A stretch of 64,000 bases of DNA from an uncultured Gaiellales bacterium. Its GTDB lineage: Bacteria; Actinomycetota; Thermoleophilia; Gaiellales; Gaiellaceae. The translations under genes were made by a program, and so were the position numbers. Below the pieces are notes generated by a model. It did no database searches and was not told the DNA's origin. It saw nothing but the letters and a program-made list of their open reading frames with translations. Where the stretch lies: NCBI GenBank assembly GCA_964461665.1, contig CAYXAS010000002.1, forward strand, positions 5,400 through 69,399, in the 5' to 3' direction. The first letter of the stretch is position 1; every line of letters begins with the position of its first letter. Positions 28,517 through 36,809 of this stretch are shown in pieces.

Positions 28517-29725
28517 CCGAGCCGGTGGAGCAGCCTCTCCAGCACATCGAGACAGACCGCGACATCCTCCTCGGCGACCGCCTCCGCAGGGTTGTGGCTG
28601 ACGCCACCCGCGCAGCGGACGAACAGCATCGCGACCGGGGCGACGCGGGAGATGATCACCGCGTCATGGCCCGCGCCCGAGCTGAGACAGCGCACCGGAA
28701 TGCCTGTCGCCGCGACCGCACCCTCGAGCGCGCCGGTCAGATCGGGTGCCATCGCAACCGCACCGTCCTCCTGCAACGTCTCCCACTCGAGTGCGACACC
28801 GCGTGCGGCTGCGGCTGCGTCGGCGCGGGCGCGAACCTCCCCGACCGCCGTCTCGCGCACTCGGTCGTCGGCGTGCCGCACATCCACGGTGATCACCGCG
28901 CGTCCGGGGACGACGTTCCCCGCGCCCGGTTCCGCGGCAACCATCCCGACCGTCGCGACAAGCCCGTCGCGGGAGCGTCCGATCTCCTCGACTGCGAGGA
29001 TCGTCTCGGCGGCGGCCGCGAGTACATCGCGGCGGAGCGCCATCGGCACCGTCCCCGCATGGCCCGCCTGCCCGGTGAAAGTCAGCCGCGCGCGGGTCTG
29101 GCCCGCGATCGCCGAGACGACGCCGACCGCGAGTCCTTCGGCCTCGAGTAGCGGCCCCTGTTCGATGTGCGCCTCGACGTAGCCGATGAGGCGCTCCGGC
29201 GGTCGCGCGGCGGTCGCGATCGCACCCACGTCGCTGCCTGCGGCGCGGATCGCCTCGGCGACAGTGACCCCGTCGGAGTCGCGGAGCTCGAGCCAGGAAG
29301 CATCGAACGCTCCGCACCAGGCGGCGCTCCCGAGGTACGCGGTCGTGAACCGCGCGCCCTCCTCGTCGGCAAACGCGACGACCTCGACCGCGAACGGGAG
29401 CCGCTGTCCCGCCTCGTGCAGCCGCTCGACGACCGCCAACCCGGCGAGCACCCCGAGCGGCCCGTCGTAGCGACCCGCATCGGGGACGGTGTCGAGATGT
29501 GATCCGATCGCAAGCGCGCGCGCTCGGCTCGGTCGCCGCGTAGCGGCCGGTGAGGTTGCCGACAGGATCGACCTCGACGCTCATTCCGGCCGCCTCCATC
29601 CAGTCCGCCACGAGCGCCCGCGCCTCCGCGAGTGCGGGGGTTGCGAACCGTCGCGTCAGCCGTCCTGGCTCCTCGCTGATCTGGCCGAGCAGGTCGGCCC
29701 GTTCGAGGAGCGTCCGCGCATTCAT
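28513..29725 (-). pseudogene. M20-family allantoate amidohydrolase / N-carbamoyl-amino-acid hydrolase, reading frame broken at a (GC)5 run
   Basis: The N-terminal part (ATG 29725: MNARTLLERADLLGQISEEPGRLTRRF...GNLTGRYAATEPSARA) lies in one frame. The continuation (LAIGSHLDTVPDAGRYDGPLGVLAGLAVVERL... to stop 28513) lies in another. The switch maps to gcgcgcgcgc at 29514-29523. The total span of 1213 nt is not a multiple of 3. Confidence 0.8.
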
Positions 29726-31047
29726 CGCGGGAGGAACCGCGCCGACTGGATCCGATGCTCGCGGGCGATCTCGGCCTCGTCCGCATTGACGAGTTCCCCG
29801 TCGCGCACGACCTCGGCACCGCCGACGACAAGACGATCGACACGGTGGGGCCCGCCGAACACGAGCCCGGAGACCCGGTCCGCGGCGCCCTGGAGCGACA
29901 ACGCATCGGTCGGCCACACCGCGAAGTCGGCGCGCAAGCCGGGTGCGAGCTTCGCGATGTCGGAACGGCCGAGCACCTCCGCGCCGCCGACGGTCCCGAG
30001 TCGGATCGCCTCGCGCGCCGCGAGCGCCCGCGGGCCGCCGCGCCCTCGCGCGACGAGCAGCGCCTGCTTCACCTCACCGAACAGGTCGCCGCGCTCGTTC
30101 GAGGCAGATCCGTCCACCCCGAGCCCGACCTTCACACCCGCGTCGAGCATCTCTCGGACGGGCGCAAGCCCCGCGCCAAGCCTGAGATTGGAGGTCGGGC
30201 AGTGTGCAACGCCGACCCCGTGGCGCGCGAACGTCTCGATATCCACCTGCAGGAGGTGGACACAGTGCGCGCACCAGACGTCGTGGCCGAGCCAGCCGAG
30301 CGTCTCGAGGTACTCGGTCGGCCGGCAGCCGTAGAGCTCCGCGCAGAACGCGTCCTCCTCGACCGTCTCGGCGAGGTGGGTGTGGAGCCCGATTCCGAGT
30401 CGGCGTGCGAGCTCGGCCGACTCGATCATCAGCTCGCGCGAGACCGAGAACGGCGAGCAGGGCGCGGCGACGATCTGTACCCAGGCGCCATCCGCCGAGG
30501 CCGCGAGCCGCTCGGTGTCGGCGAGAATGTCGTCGATCCGCTCGACGAGGCTGTCGGGCGGCAGACCACCGTCGGACTGGCCGAGGTCCATCGAGCCGCG
30601 TGAGGCGACGATCCGGAGCCCAAGTTCGCGTGCGGCCCGGATCTCCGCCTCGATCAGGCCCGTCTGCCCGCGCGGGAACACGTAGTGGTGGTCGAACACC
30701 GTCGTGCAGCCGGAGAGCGCGAGCTCGGCGAGACCGGTGCGCGCGGCAGCGTAGACGGACTCCGCGTCGATCCCCGCCCACACGGGATACAGCTCGACGA
30801 GCCATTCGAACAGCGTGTTGTCGGTCGCGCGGGCGCGCGTGAGGGTCTGATACAGGTGGTGGTGCGTGTTGACGAGCCCTGGGGTGACGACCGCGCCGCC
30901 GAGATCGACGACTCTCTCCGCCTGCGGGGGGACGCCACCCCCGACTGCCACCACGAAACCGGCTTCCTCGAGCAGCCACCCGTCGGCGTGTTCCCCGGCC
31001 GTCTCGTCCATCGTGACGAGATGGCATCGCTGATACAGGGTCTTCAC
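29722..31047 (-). CDS. Amidohydrolase of the 8-oxoguanine/guanine deaminase subgroup
   Basis: ORF 29722..31128 with GLVNTHHHLYQTLTR, HTHLAE and CAHCVHL metal ligands. GTG 31047 (VKTLYQR...) was chosen; ATGA overlap with the downstream gene. Confidence 0.8.
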   Translation of the reverse strand: MKTLYQRCHLVTMDETAGEHADGWLLEEAGFVVAVGGGVPPQAERVVDLGGAVVTPGLVNTHHHLYQTLTRARATDNTLFEWLVELYPVWAGIDAESVYAAARTGLAELALSGCTTVFDHHYVFPRGQTGLIEAEIRAARELGLRIVASRGSMDLGQSDGGLPPDSLVERIDDILADTERLAASADGAWVQIVAAPCSPFSVSRELMIESAELARRLGIGLHTHLAETVEEDAFCAELYGCRPTEYLETLGWLGHDVWCAHCVHLLQVDIETFARHGVGVAHCPTSNLRLGAGLAPVREMLDAGVKVGLGVDGSASNERGDLFGEVKQALLVARGRGGPRALAAREAIRLGTVGGAEVLGRSDIAKLAPGLRADFAVWPTDALSLQGAADRVSGLVFGGPHRVDRLVVGGAEVVRDGELVNADEAEIAREHRIQSARFLPR

Positions 31048-31126
31048 GAGCGATCCACCATCCGTCGTCCCACCGTTTCCTCCCGTGGCCGCGGCACCAG
31101 ACGGGCCGAATCGACAAGATACGCAC

Positions 31127-31417
31127 ATGGCGGCGTCCGTTTCGACTCACGTGCTCGACACCGGGACCGGCCGCCCCGCGGACGGCGTCCGGATCGAACT
31201 CTGGCACGGTGATGTGCAGGTCGTCGTCGTAGCAACGGACAGCGACGGTCGCGCCCGGCTCGCGGACGGGTTGGAGCCTGGGCTGTACCGCGTCGTCTTC
31301 CACCCCCCGTCCGCGTTCTTCCGCCAGGTCTCACTCGAGGTCGCGCTGCCTGACGGCCACACTCACGTCCCCCTTCTGGTCTCCCCGTACGGATGCGCGA
31401 GCTACCGGGGAAGTTGA
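31127..31417 (+). CDS. uraH: 5-hydroxyisourate hydrolase (transthyretin-like)
   Basis: ORF 31085..31417; from ATG 31127: MAASVSTHVLDTGTGRPADGV... ending in the family signature YRGS. Confidence 0.9.
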   Translation: MAASVSTHVLDTGTGRPADGVRIELWHGDVQVVVVATDSDGRARLADGLEPGLYRVVFHPPSAFFRQVSLEVALPDGHTHVPLLVSPYGCASYRGS

Positions 31418-31833
31418 CGGTCGAGGAGCTCGCCGCGCTGTTCGAGGGCCGGACACGGCTTGTCGAGCGGCTCGCTGCCTGTGACGACCCGCTGGCCCGC
31501 GCGGCGACGCTTGTCCAGGAGATACCGCACGCCGAGAAGGTCGAGCAGCTCGCCGCCCATCCGGCGATCGGCCAGCGAACCGGTCTCTCGGCGCGCTCGG
31601 CCGCGGAACAGGGCGCCGACGTCGATCCGGTGGTGTTCGAGGAACTCGCCCGCCTCAACACCGACTACGAGACGCGGCATGGCTTCCGCTTTGTCGTGTT
31701 CGTGAACCGACGTCCGAAGGCGCAGATCCTCGAGGTGCTCCGCGACCGGATCGGGAACCCGACCGCCCAGGAGCTCGACACCGCGCTCGAGGAACTCGTC
31801 GCGATCGCAACCGACCGCTGGAGACGCGGATGA
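31393..31833 (+). CDS. uraD: 2-oxo-4-hydroxy-4-carboxy-5-ureidoimidazoline (OHCU) decarboxylase
   Basis: 146-aa ORF with AAHPAIGQR...SAAEQ and HGFRFVVFVNRR motifs. The alternative TTG 31414 would give a TTGA overlap with the uraH stop. Confidence 0.85.
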   Translation: MRELPGKLTVEELAALFEGRTRLVERLAACDDPLARAATLVQEIPHAEKVEQLAAHPAIGQRTGLSARSAAEQGADVDPVVFEELARLNTDYETRHGFRFVVFVNRRPKAQILEVLRDRIGNPTAQELDTALEELVAIATDRWRRG

Positions 31834-33020
31834 CAGCGCTCCCGCTCGCGATCGACGCGTACCTGCAGGACTGGCTGGATCTCCTCCTGCGCTGGCTGCA
31901 TGTGATCGCCGCGATCGCGTGGATCGGAACCTCGTTCTACTTCGTCCTCCTCGACCAGTCGCTCCGCGCCCCGAAGCGGGAGATCGACCGCGACGAGGGC
32001 GTCGGCGGCGAACTCTGGGAGGTGCACGGGGGCGGCTTCTACCGCGTGCAGAAGTTCACGGTGGCGCCACGCGCCCTCCCCGACCACCTCGCGTGGTTCA
32101 AGTGGGAGGCGTACACGACCTGGCTCTCCGGGTTCGCGCTGATCATCGTCCTCTTCTACGTCGATGCGGGCGCGACGCTCGTCGGCCCCGCTGGACTGTC
32201 CGAGTGGGCGACGATCGCGGTGAGCATCGTGCTCCTCGTCGCCGCCTGGGTCGCCTACGACGTCCTGTGTCGGCTGACGGCCGACGGGCGGATCATCTGG
32301 CCGGTGCTCGCTGTCCTCATTGCCGTCTCCGCGTGGGGCTCCACCGAGCTCTTCGCCCCACGCGCGGCCTGGCTGCAGGTGGGGGCGATGATCGGGACGG
32401 TGATGTCCGCAAACGTGCTCTTCAACATCATCCCCGCGCACTGGGAGCTGATCCGGGCGAAGGAAGCGGGGCGCGATCCCGACCCCGCCCCGGGGATTCA
32501 GGCGAAGCTGCGGTCGATCCACAACAACTACCTGACGCTCCCGGTGCTGCTCGTGATGCTCGCGGGGCACTTCACGTTTCTTACGGCGGGCGACCGCGGA
32601 TGGCTCGCGCTGCTCGCGCTTGTTGCGATCGGGGCGTGGGCGCGGCTCTTCTTCAACCTGCGCCACCGGGGGCGGACCCACTGGTGGATGCTCGCCGTGG
32701 GCGCGGTCGCCGTCGTCGCGCTGGCGCTCGCGTTCCGCCCTGCCGAAGAGCCCGGAGCCCCCACGGCCGCTGTCCTCGCCGCCCAGGGAGCAGAGGTGTT
32801 CGAGGAGGCCGGGTGCGGGACCTGCCACACGCTCGCCGCCGCGGGAGCGACAGGTGCTGTCGGGCCAAACCTCGATGAGCTCGCTCCCTCACCGGGCCGC
32901 GTCGCGCGCGCGATCATCAGCGGGATCGGCGGGATGCCCAACTTCTCGGACCGGTTGACCAATGAGGAGATCCGTGCGGTCTCCACCTACGTCTCGACCA
33001 GCGCGAAGGAGTCACGATGA
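31830..33020 (+). CDS. puuD: Membrane urate hydroxylase PuuD-type with C-terminal cytochrome c domain
   Basis: 396-aa ORF with an N-terminal multi-TM domain (WLHVIAAIAWIGTSFYFVLLD) and a C-terminal CxxCH (CGTCH). ATGA overlap with uraD. Confidence 0.8.
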   Translation: MTALPLAIDAYLQDWLDLLLRWLHVIAAIAWIGTSFYFVLLDQSLRAPKREIDRDEGVGGELWEVHGGGFYRVQKFTVAPRALPDHLAWFKWEAYTTWLSGFALIIVLFYVDAGATLVGPAGLSEWATIAVSIVLLVAAWVAYDVLCRLTADGRIIWPVLAVLIAVSAWGSTELFAPRAAWLQVGAMIGTVMSANVLFNIIPAHWELIRAKEAGRDPDPAPGIQAKLRSIHNNYLTLPVLLVMLAGHFTFLTAGDRGWLALLALVAIGAWARLFFNLRHRGRTHWWMLAVGAVAVVALALAFRPAEEPGAPTAAVLAAQGAEVFEEAGCGTCHTLAAAGATGAVGPNLDELAPSPGRVARAIISGIGGMPNFSDRLTNEEIRAVSTYVSTSAKESR

Positions 33021-33424
33021 TCACGATCACGGCCGGTGGGTTCACGTTCAAGGCGCGTCTCGAAGACGAGGCGGCACCGCAAACGGTGGCCGCGTTCCGG
33101 CGCCTGCTGCCGCTGGAGTCGCGGATCATCCACGTCCGCTGGTCAGGGGAGGCGGGCTGGATCCCGTTCGGCGATCTCGACCTGGGACTCGGGCCCGAGA
33201 ACGCGACCTGCTACCCGCATCCGGGCGAGATCATCCTCTACCCGGGCGGGGTGTCGGAGACCGAGATCCTGCTCGCGTACGGGTACGTGAGCTTCGCCTC
33301 GAAGGCAGGGCAGCTCGCGGGGAACCACTTCGCGACGGTGGTCGAGGGGAACGAGAACCTCTACACCCTGGGCCGCAAGTTCCTCCTCGAGGGCGCGCAG
33401 GAGATCACGTTCCGCGCGGAGTGA
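33017..33424 (+). CDS. DUF3830-like (cyclophilin-fold) protein of unknown function
   Basis: 135-aa ORF (MITITAGGFTFKARLEDEAAPQTVAAFRRLLP...). ATGA overlap with the puuD stop. Family assignment is from memory of the motif pattern. Confidence 0.6.
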   Translation: MITITAGGFTFKARLEDEAAPQTVAAFRRLLPLESRIIHVRWSGEAGWIPFGDLDLGLGPENATCYPHPGEIILYPGGVSETEILLAYGYVSFASKAGQLAGNHFATVVEGNENLYTLGRKFLLEGAQEITFRAE

Positions 33425-33527
33425 GCGAGCGGCCGCGCGCCTCCGCGAAGCGTATGCCGGGCTACCGCGCCCAGCCGAGCGTGCGGGAGATCGCGCAAGA
33501 GCCGGGGGCAGATTTACTCTTGCGGGG

Positions 33528-34091
33528 ATGCTTCGGGTGACAATCGACACGAGCGTGGTCGCGGGCGACATGCATCGGCTTCGGGCGAGCGCCGCGGGTC
33601 TGGGGATCGAGTTCGTGATGACGACCGTCACTCAGAGGGAGAACTTCGGCCAGATGGCGAGCAGCGGAATCCCGGAAGGATCGACCGATACTCAGCGGCC
33701 GACTGCATCGGCTGTGTTCGATTGGTCGTCGCTGGCTGTGATCGACGAGACGGCGATTCTGGACGAGTCACGTGTCGGCATGGCCGTTCTGGGCGGCAAC
33801 GAGTCCGCGGCGCTCCTCCAGCGGATCCTCGGGATGATGCGGAACGACAAGTCGTCCAAGCCGCAACTCGGAGGTGAGCGCTCGTGCGGAGAGATGCATC
33901 AACTCCGCGACGCCCTGATGCTGGAGGCGCACGTGCGGTCGGGACACGACATCCTCGTCTCGAACGACGTGAAGGGATTCATCGGAAAGACAGGTGAGAC
34001 CCGAGCACATCTGGAGGAACTCTGCGAGACCCGCATCATGACCGTGGACGAGTTCTGCGCCGCGTTCTCCGCGGTTGCTCCGATGCCCTAG
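33528..34091 (+). CDS. Orphan PIN-like domain protein
   Basis: 187-aa ORF. It has candidate PIN acidic residues in VTIDTSVV, TVTQRENF, LRDALMLEAH and ILVSNDVKGF, plus a ~60-aa insertion. It is visibly less GC-rich than its neighbours, with no partner ORF. The alternative start GTG 33537 has GGGGA 8 nt upstream. Confidence 0.55.
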   Translation: MLRVTIDTSVVAGDMHRLRASAAGLGIEFVMTTVTQRENFGQMASSGIPEGSTDTQRPTASAVFDWSSLAVIDETAILDESRVGMAVLGGNESAALLQRILGMMRNDKSSKPQLGGERSCGEMHQLRDALMLEAHVRSGHDILVSNDVKGFIGKTGETRAHLEELCETRIMTVDEFCAAFSAVAPMP

Positions 34092-34244
34092 TCCGCGTCG
34101 GCGCTCCAGCCGACGGGGATCAGCGTCGGCTGCGCGACCTTCGGCAGCGCCGCCGTCTACGTGTATTCGTCGCCCGGGGGATCACGTTCCGCGCGGAGTG
34201 GGCGCAGGGTCGCGGCCCACGTGAGCGCGGGCGGCCTGTGTCGC

Positions 34245-35717
34245 TCAGGCGTTCGGCCCGCTTGCGAGCGACTCGGCGAGCGCGGCAAGCTCCGCCAACG
34301 CCGACTCGAGTTCCTCGACGATCTCTCGAGCGATCGCGCCGGGTGGTGGCAAGTTCTCGGCGCCCTCGAGGGAGAGATCCTTGAGCCACGTGATGTCGAG
34401 GCTCGCCTTGTCTCGCGCGACGAGCTCGTCGTAACCGAACCGCCTGAACCGCTCCGACTCCACGCGGCTTGCACGGTCGCCGGCCTGGAAGCAGCTGACG
34501 AACTCGTCGAGGTGCTCGCGGTGAAGCGGGTTCTGCTTGAGCGTGAAGTGCTGATTGGTGCGGAGGTCGTACACCCACAACTCGCGCGTCCACGGCTGTT
34601 CGGCGGCGGGCTTGCGGTCGAAGAAGAGGACGTTCGCCTTCACACCCTGGGCGTAGAAGATGCCGGTGGGCAGGCGCAGCAGCGTGTGCACGTCGCACTC
34701 CTCGAGCAGCCGCCGACGCACCGTCTCCCCCGCGCCTCCCTCGAACAGCACGTTGTCGGGCACGACGACCGCTGCCTTACCGTTGATCGCAAGCATCGTT
34801 CTGACGTGCTGCACGAAGTTGAGCTGCTTGTTCGAGGTTGACGCCCAGAAGTCGTCGCGCACCACCACGAGATCGTCGCGGGCGACCTCCCCCTCGTCAC
34901 TCACGAACGTGATTGACGACTTCCGACCGAACGGCGGGTTCGTGAGCACCATCTCGAACCTCTCGCCCGAGTCGGACTTGAGCGCATCCTCGACAGCGAT
35001 CGGGCTCTCGTGCTCCTCGTCACCGATCCCGTGAAGGAGCAGGTTCATCACACACAGCCGCGCGGTGTTGTCGACGATCTCCCAGCCCCGCACCGCCTCG
35101 TAGCGCAGGTGCCACTTCTCGTCGGGGTCGAGCAGCCCGCTCTTCGCGATCGACTCGTGCGCTGCGAGCAGGAAGCCGCCTGTGCCGCAGGCCGGGTCGG
35201 CGATCCGCGTCCCGGGCTGCGGCTGCATCACCTCCACGATCGCCCGGATCAGTGGCCGTGGCGTGAAGTACTGCCCGGCGCCGGACTTCACGTCCTCGGC
35301 ATTCTTCTCGAGCAGCCCCTCGTAGGCGTCGCCCTTCACGTCGATGTCGAGCGTCAGCCAGGCCTCGCGGTCGATCAGGTCGGCGACCAGGCGGCGAAGC
35401 TTCGCCGGATCCTGGATCCGGTTTTGCGCCTTGCGGAACACCACCCCGAGCATCCCCGGCTTCCGCCCGAGCTCGGTGAGGACGTGCCGATAGTGCACCT
35501 CGAGCGCGTCGCCATCGCGCTCGAGTAGCGACTGCCAGCCGAGCTCCGCCGGCACGATCGCCGGGCGCGAGAACGGCGGCCGCGTCTGCTCGTCCGCCAT
35601 CTTCAGGAACAGCAGGTAGGTGAGCTGTTCCAGGTAGTCGCCGTACGAGAGCCCGTCGTCGCGCAGGACGTTGCAGTAACTCCACAGGCGCTGGACGAGG
35701 CCGTGCTGTGCGCTCAT
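34245..35717 (-). CDS. hsdM: Type I restriction-modification N6-adenine DNA methyltransferase subunit
   Basis: Real part of ORF 34245..35972 from ATG 35717 (MSAQHGLVQRLWSYCNVLRDDG...). It has HsdM N-terminal domain features, motif I DPACGTGGFL and motif IV NPPFG. Confidence 0.93.
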   Translation of the reverse strand: MSAQHGLVQRLWSYCNVLRDDGLSYGDYLEQLTYLLFLKMADEQTRPPFSRPAIVPAELGWQSLLERDGDALEVHYRHVLTELGRKPGMLGVVFRKAQNRIQDPAKLRRLVADLIDREAWLTLDIDVKGDAYEGLLEKNAEDVKSGAGQYFTPRPLIRAIVEVMQPQPGTRIADPACGTGGFLLAAHESIAKSGLLDPDEKWHLRYEAVRGWEIVDNTARLCVMNLLLHGIGDEEHESPIAVEDALKSDSGERFEMVLTNPPFGRKSSITFVSDEGEVARDDLVVVRDDFWASTSNKQLNFVQHVRTMLAINGKAAVVVPDNVLFEGGAGETVRRRLLEECDVHTLLRLPTGIFYAQGVKANVLFFDRKPAAEQPWTRELWVYDLRTNQHFTLKQNPLHREHLDEFVSCFQAGDRASRVESERFRRFGYDELVARDKASLDITWLKDLSLEGAENLPPPGAIAREIVEELESALAELAALAESLASGPNA

Positions 35718-36121
35718 GCCAGCCGAACTCGCGTGATCCGCATCTTGTGCACGGTGTAGAGGAACGGCCCCGGATCTTCGCACACGGCCTCGATGCGCTG
35801 CCGGTGTCGGATGAGCCGCTCTGCCTGCTCGGCGGCGGCAAGGTTGCCGCTCGCCAACACGAACGCCTTCACACGGAAGCGGCGGATTGCCGCAAGTTCG
35901 GCCGGGCGGTAGCGGATGCGGCGATCCATCGTGAGCACCGGCCACTGCTCGCTGCCGCAGAGCGTGAGCCACTCCACATCCTCAACCGCCTCGTCGCGGC
36001 CTCCGAAGACCTCGCGGTGCGTGCGGATGACCCATCCCGCGTCGCGGAGCGCATCGGCAACGTCGCGTGCACCGAGGCTTCTGTCGATGAAGAACTCAGG
36101 CGGCGACGGGGAGTGCGGCAC
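35714..36121 (-). CDS. PIN-like (DUF5615 / VapC45-like) putative toxin
   Basis: Real part of ORF 35714..36229 from GTG 36121. The sequence is EFFIDRSLGARDVADALRDAGWVIRTHREVFGGRDEAVEDVEWLTLCGSEQWPVLTMDRRIRY, about 135 aa. The stop overlaps the hsdM ATG (ATGA). Confidence 0.65.
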   Translation of the reverse strand: MPHSPSPPEFFIDRSLGARDVADALRDAGWVIRTHREVFGGRDEAVEDVEWLTLCGSEQWPVLTMDRRIRYRPAELAAIRRFRVKAFVLASGNLAAAEQAERLIRHRQRIEAVCEDPGPFLYTVHKMRITRVRLA

Positions 36122-36809
36122 GCAGGTACTCCTCGACGTCAGCGGCCGGGACGCCGAAGTCCCGTGCGACGTGATCGAGCGACTCCCCAGCCTTCCAGCG
36201 GCTGACGACGCTCTCGACCGGCGCTGCACCGCGCATGAACATCGGCTGGCCGAACGCTCGCAGAGGATCGATCACTACGACGGGCTCGCGGGTGGTCGGC
36301 GAGGCGAGTTGCGTAGCCCACCCGTCGGTTCCGTACTCGATGCGCTTCAGGTACGCCTGCACGATCGGTGCGAACACCCGCTGTTGCGAGACGACCTCCG
36401 TCAGACCCGCGAGCTCGTCGTCGTGCTGCGCGCCTGCGTAGTCGAACAGGATCACGGCGCCGTCCGTGTAGACCTTCTGTGATGCGAGGGCGTGCGCGAT
36501 GCCGATCTCGTGGTCGAGGATCGCGACCGCCTTGCGGATGTGTTGCATGCTCACGCCCCCACGCCTGAACGCCGCGAGCACCATCCCCTCGGCTAGCCCA
36601 ATGAACGGGATGCTCGGAAAGCCGCAGTCGGCATCGACGCTCGTGACGAGAGCAGCGCCATGGACTGGGGGGCGAGCCGGGGGCTGACGCACATAGCCCC
36701 GCGCCCAGGTCGCGAACGTCGACGTCGGCACGCCGAGGAAGCGAGCCGCCTCGTTGAGCGTGTAGAGCGGCGCTGCGAAGCGCAGATCGTCTGTGGCGGC
36801 GGTCGTCAT
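36096..36809 (-). CDS. HTH + DUF433 protein (VapB45-like putative antitoxin)
   Basis: 237-aa ORF with an N-terminal HTH (YTLNEAARFLGVPTSTFATWARG) and a C-terminal DUF433-like segment (VIDPLRAFGQPMFMRGAAPVESVVSRWKAGESLDHVARDFGVPAADVEEYL). The ATG overlaps the hsdS stop. Confidence 0.7.
   Translation of the reverse strand: MTTAATDDLRFAAPLYTLNEAARFLGVPTSTFATWARGYVRQPPARPPVHGAALVTSVDADCGFPSIPFIGLAEGMVLAAFRRGGVSMQHIRKAVAILDHEIGIAHALASQKVYTDGAVILFDYAGAQHDDELAGLTEVVSQQRVFAPIVQAYLKRIEYGTDGWATQLASPTTREPVVVIDPLRAFGQPMFMRGAAPVESVVSRWKAGESLDHVARDFGVPAADVEEYLRAALPVAA

Noticed and set aside
33453-33540. 28-codon ORF overlapping the start of the orphan PIN-like gene as a possible antitoxin
   Set aside because: It is too short, has no recognisable fold or motif, and sits in a frame that continues a spurious long ORF (32962..33540). 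The claim is unsupported.
34096-34129. Alternative hairpins (CGTCGGC/GCCGACG and CCGACG/CGTCGG) between the PIN-like gene and hsdM as a terminator
   Set aside because: The stems are short and mutually exclusive and have no U-tract. They are too weak to call as a feature.
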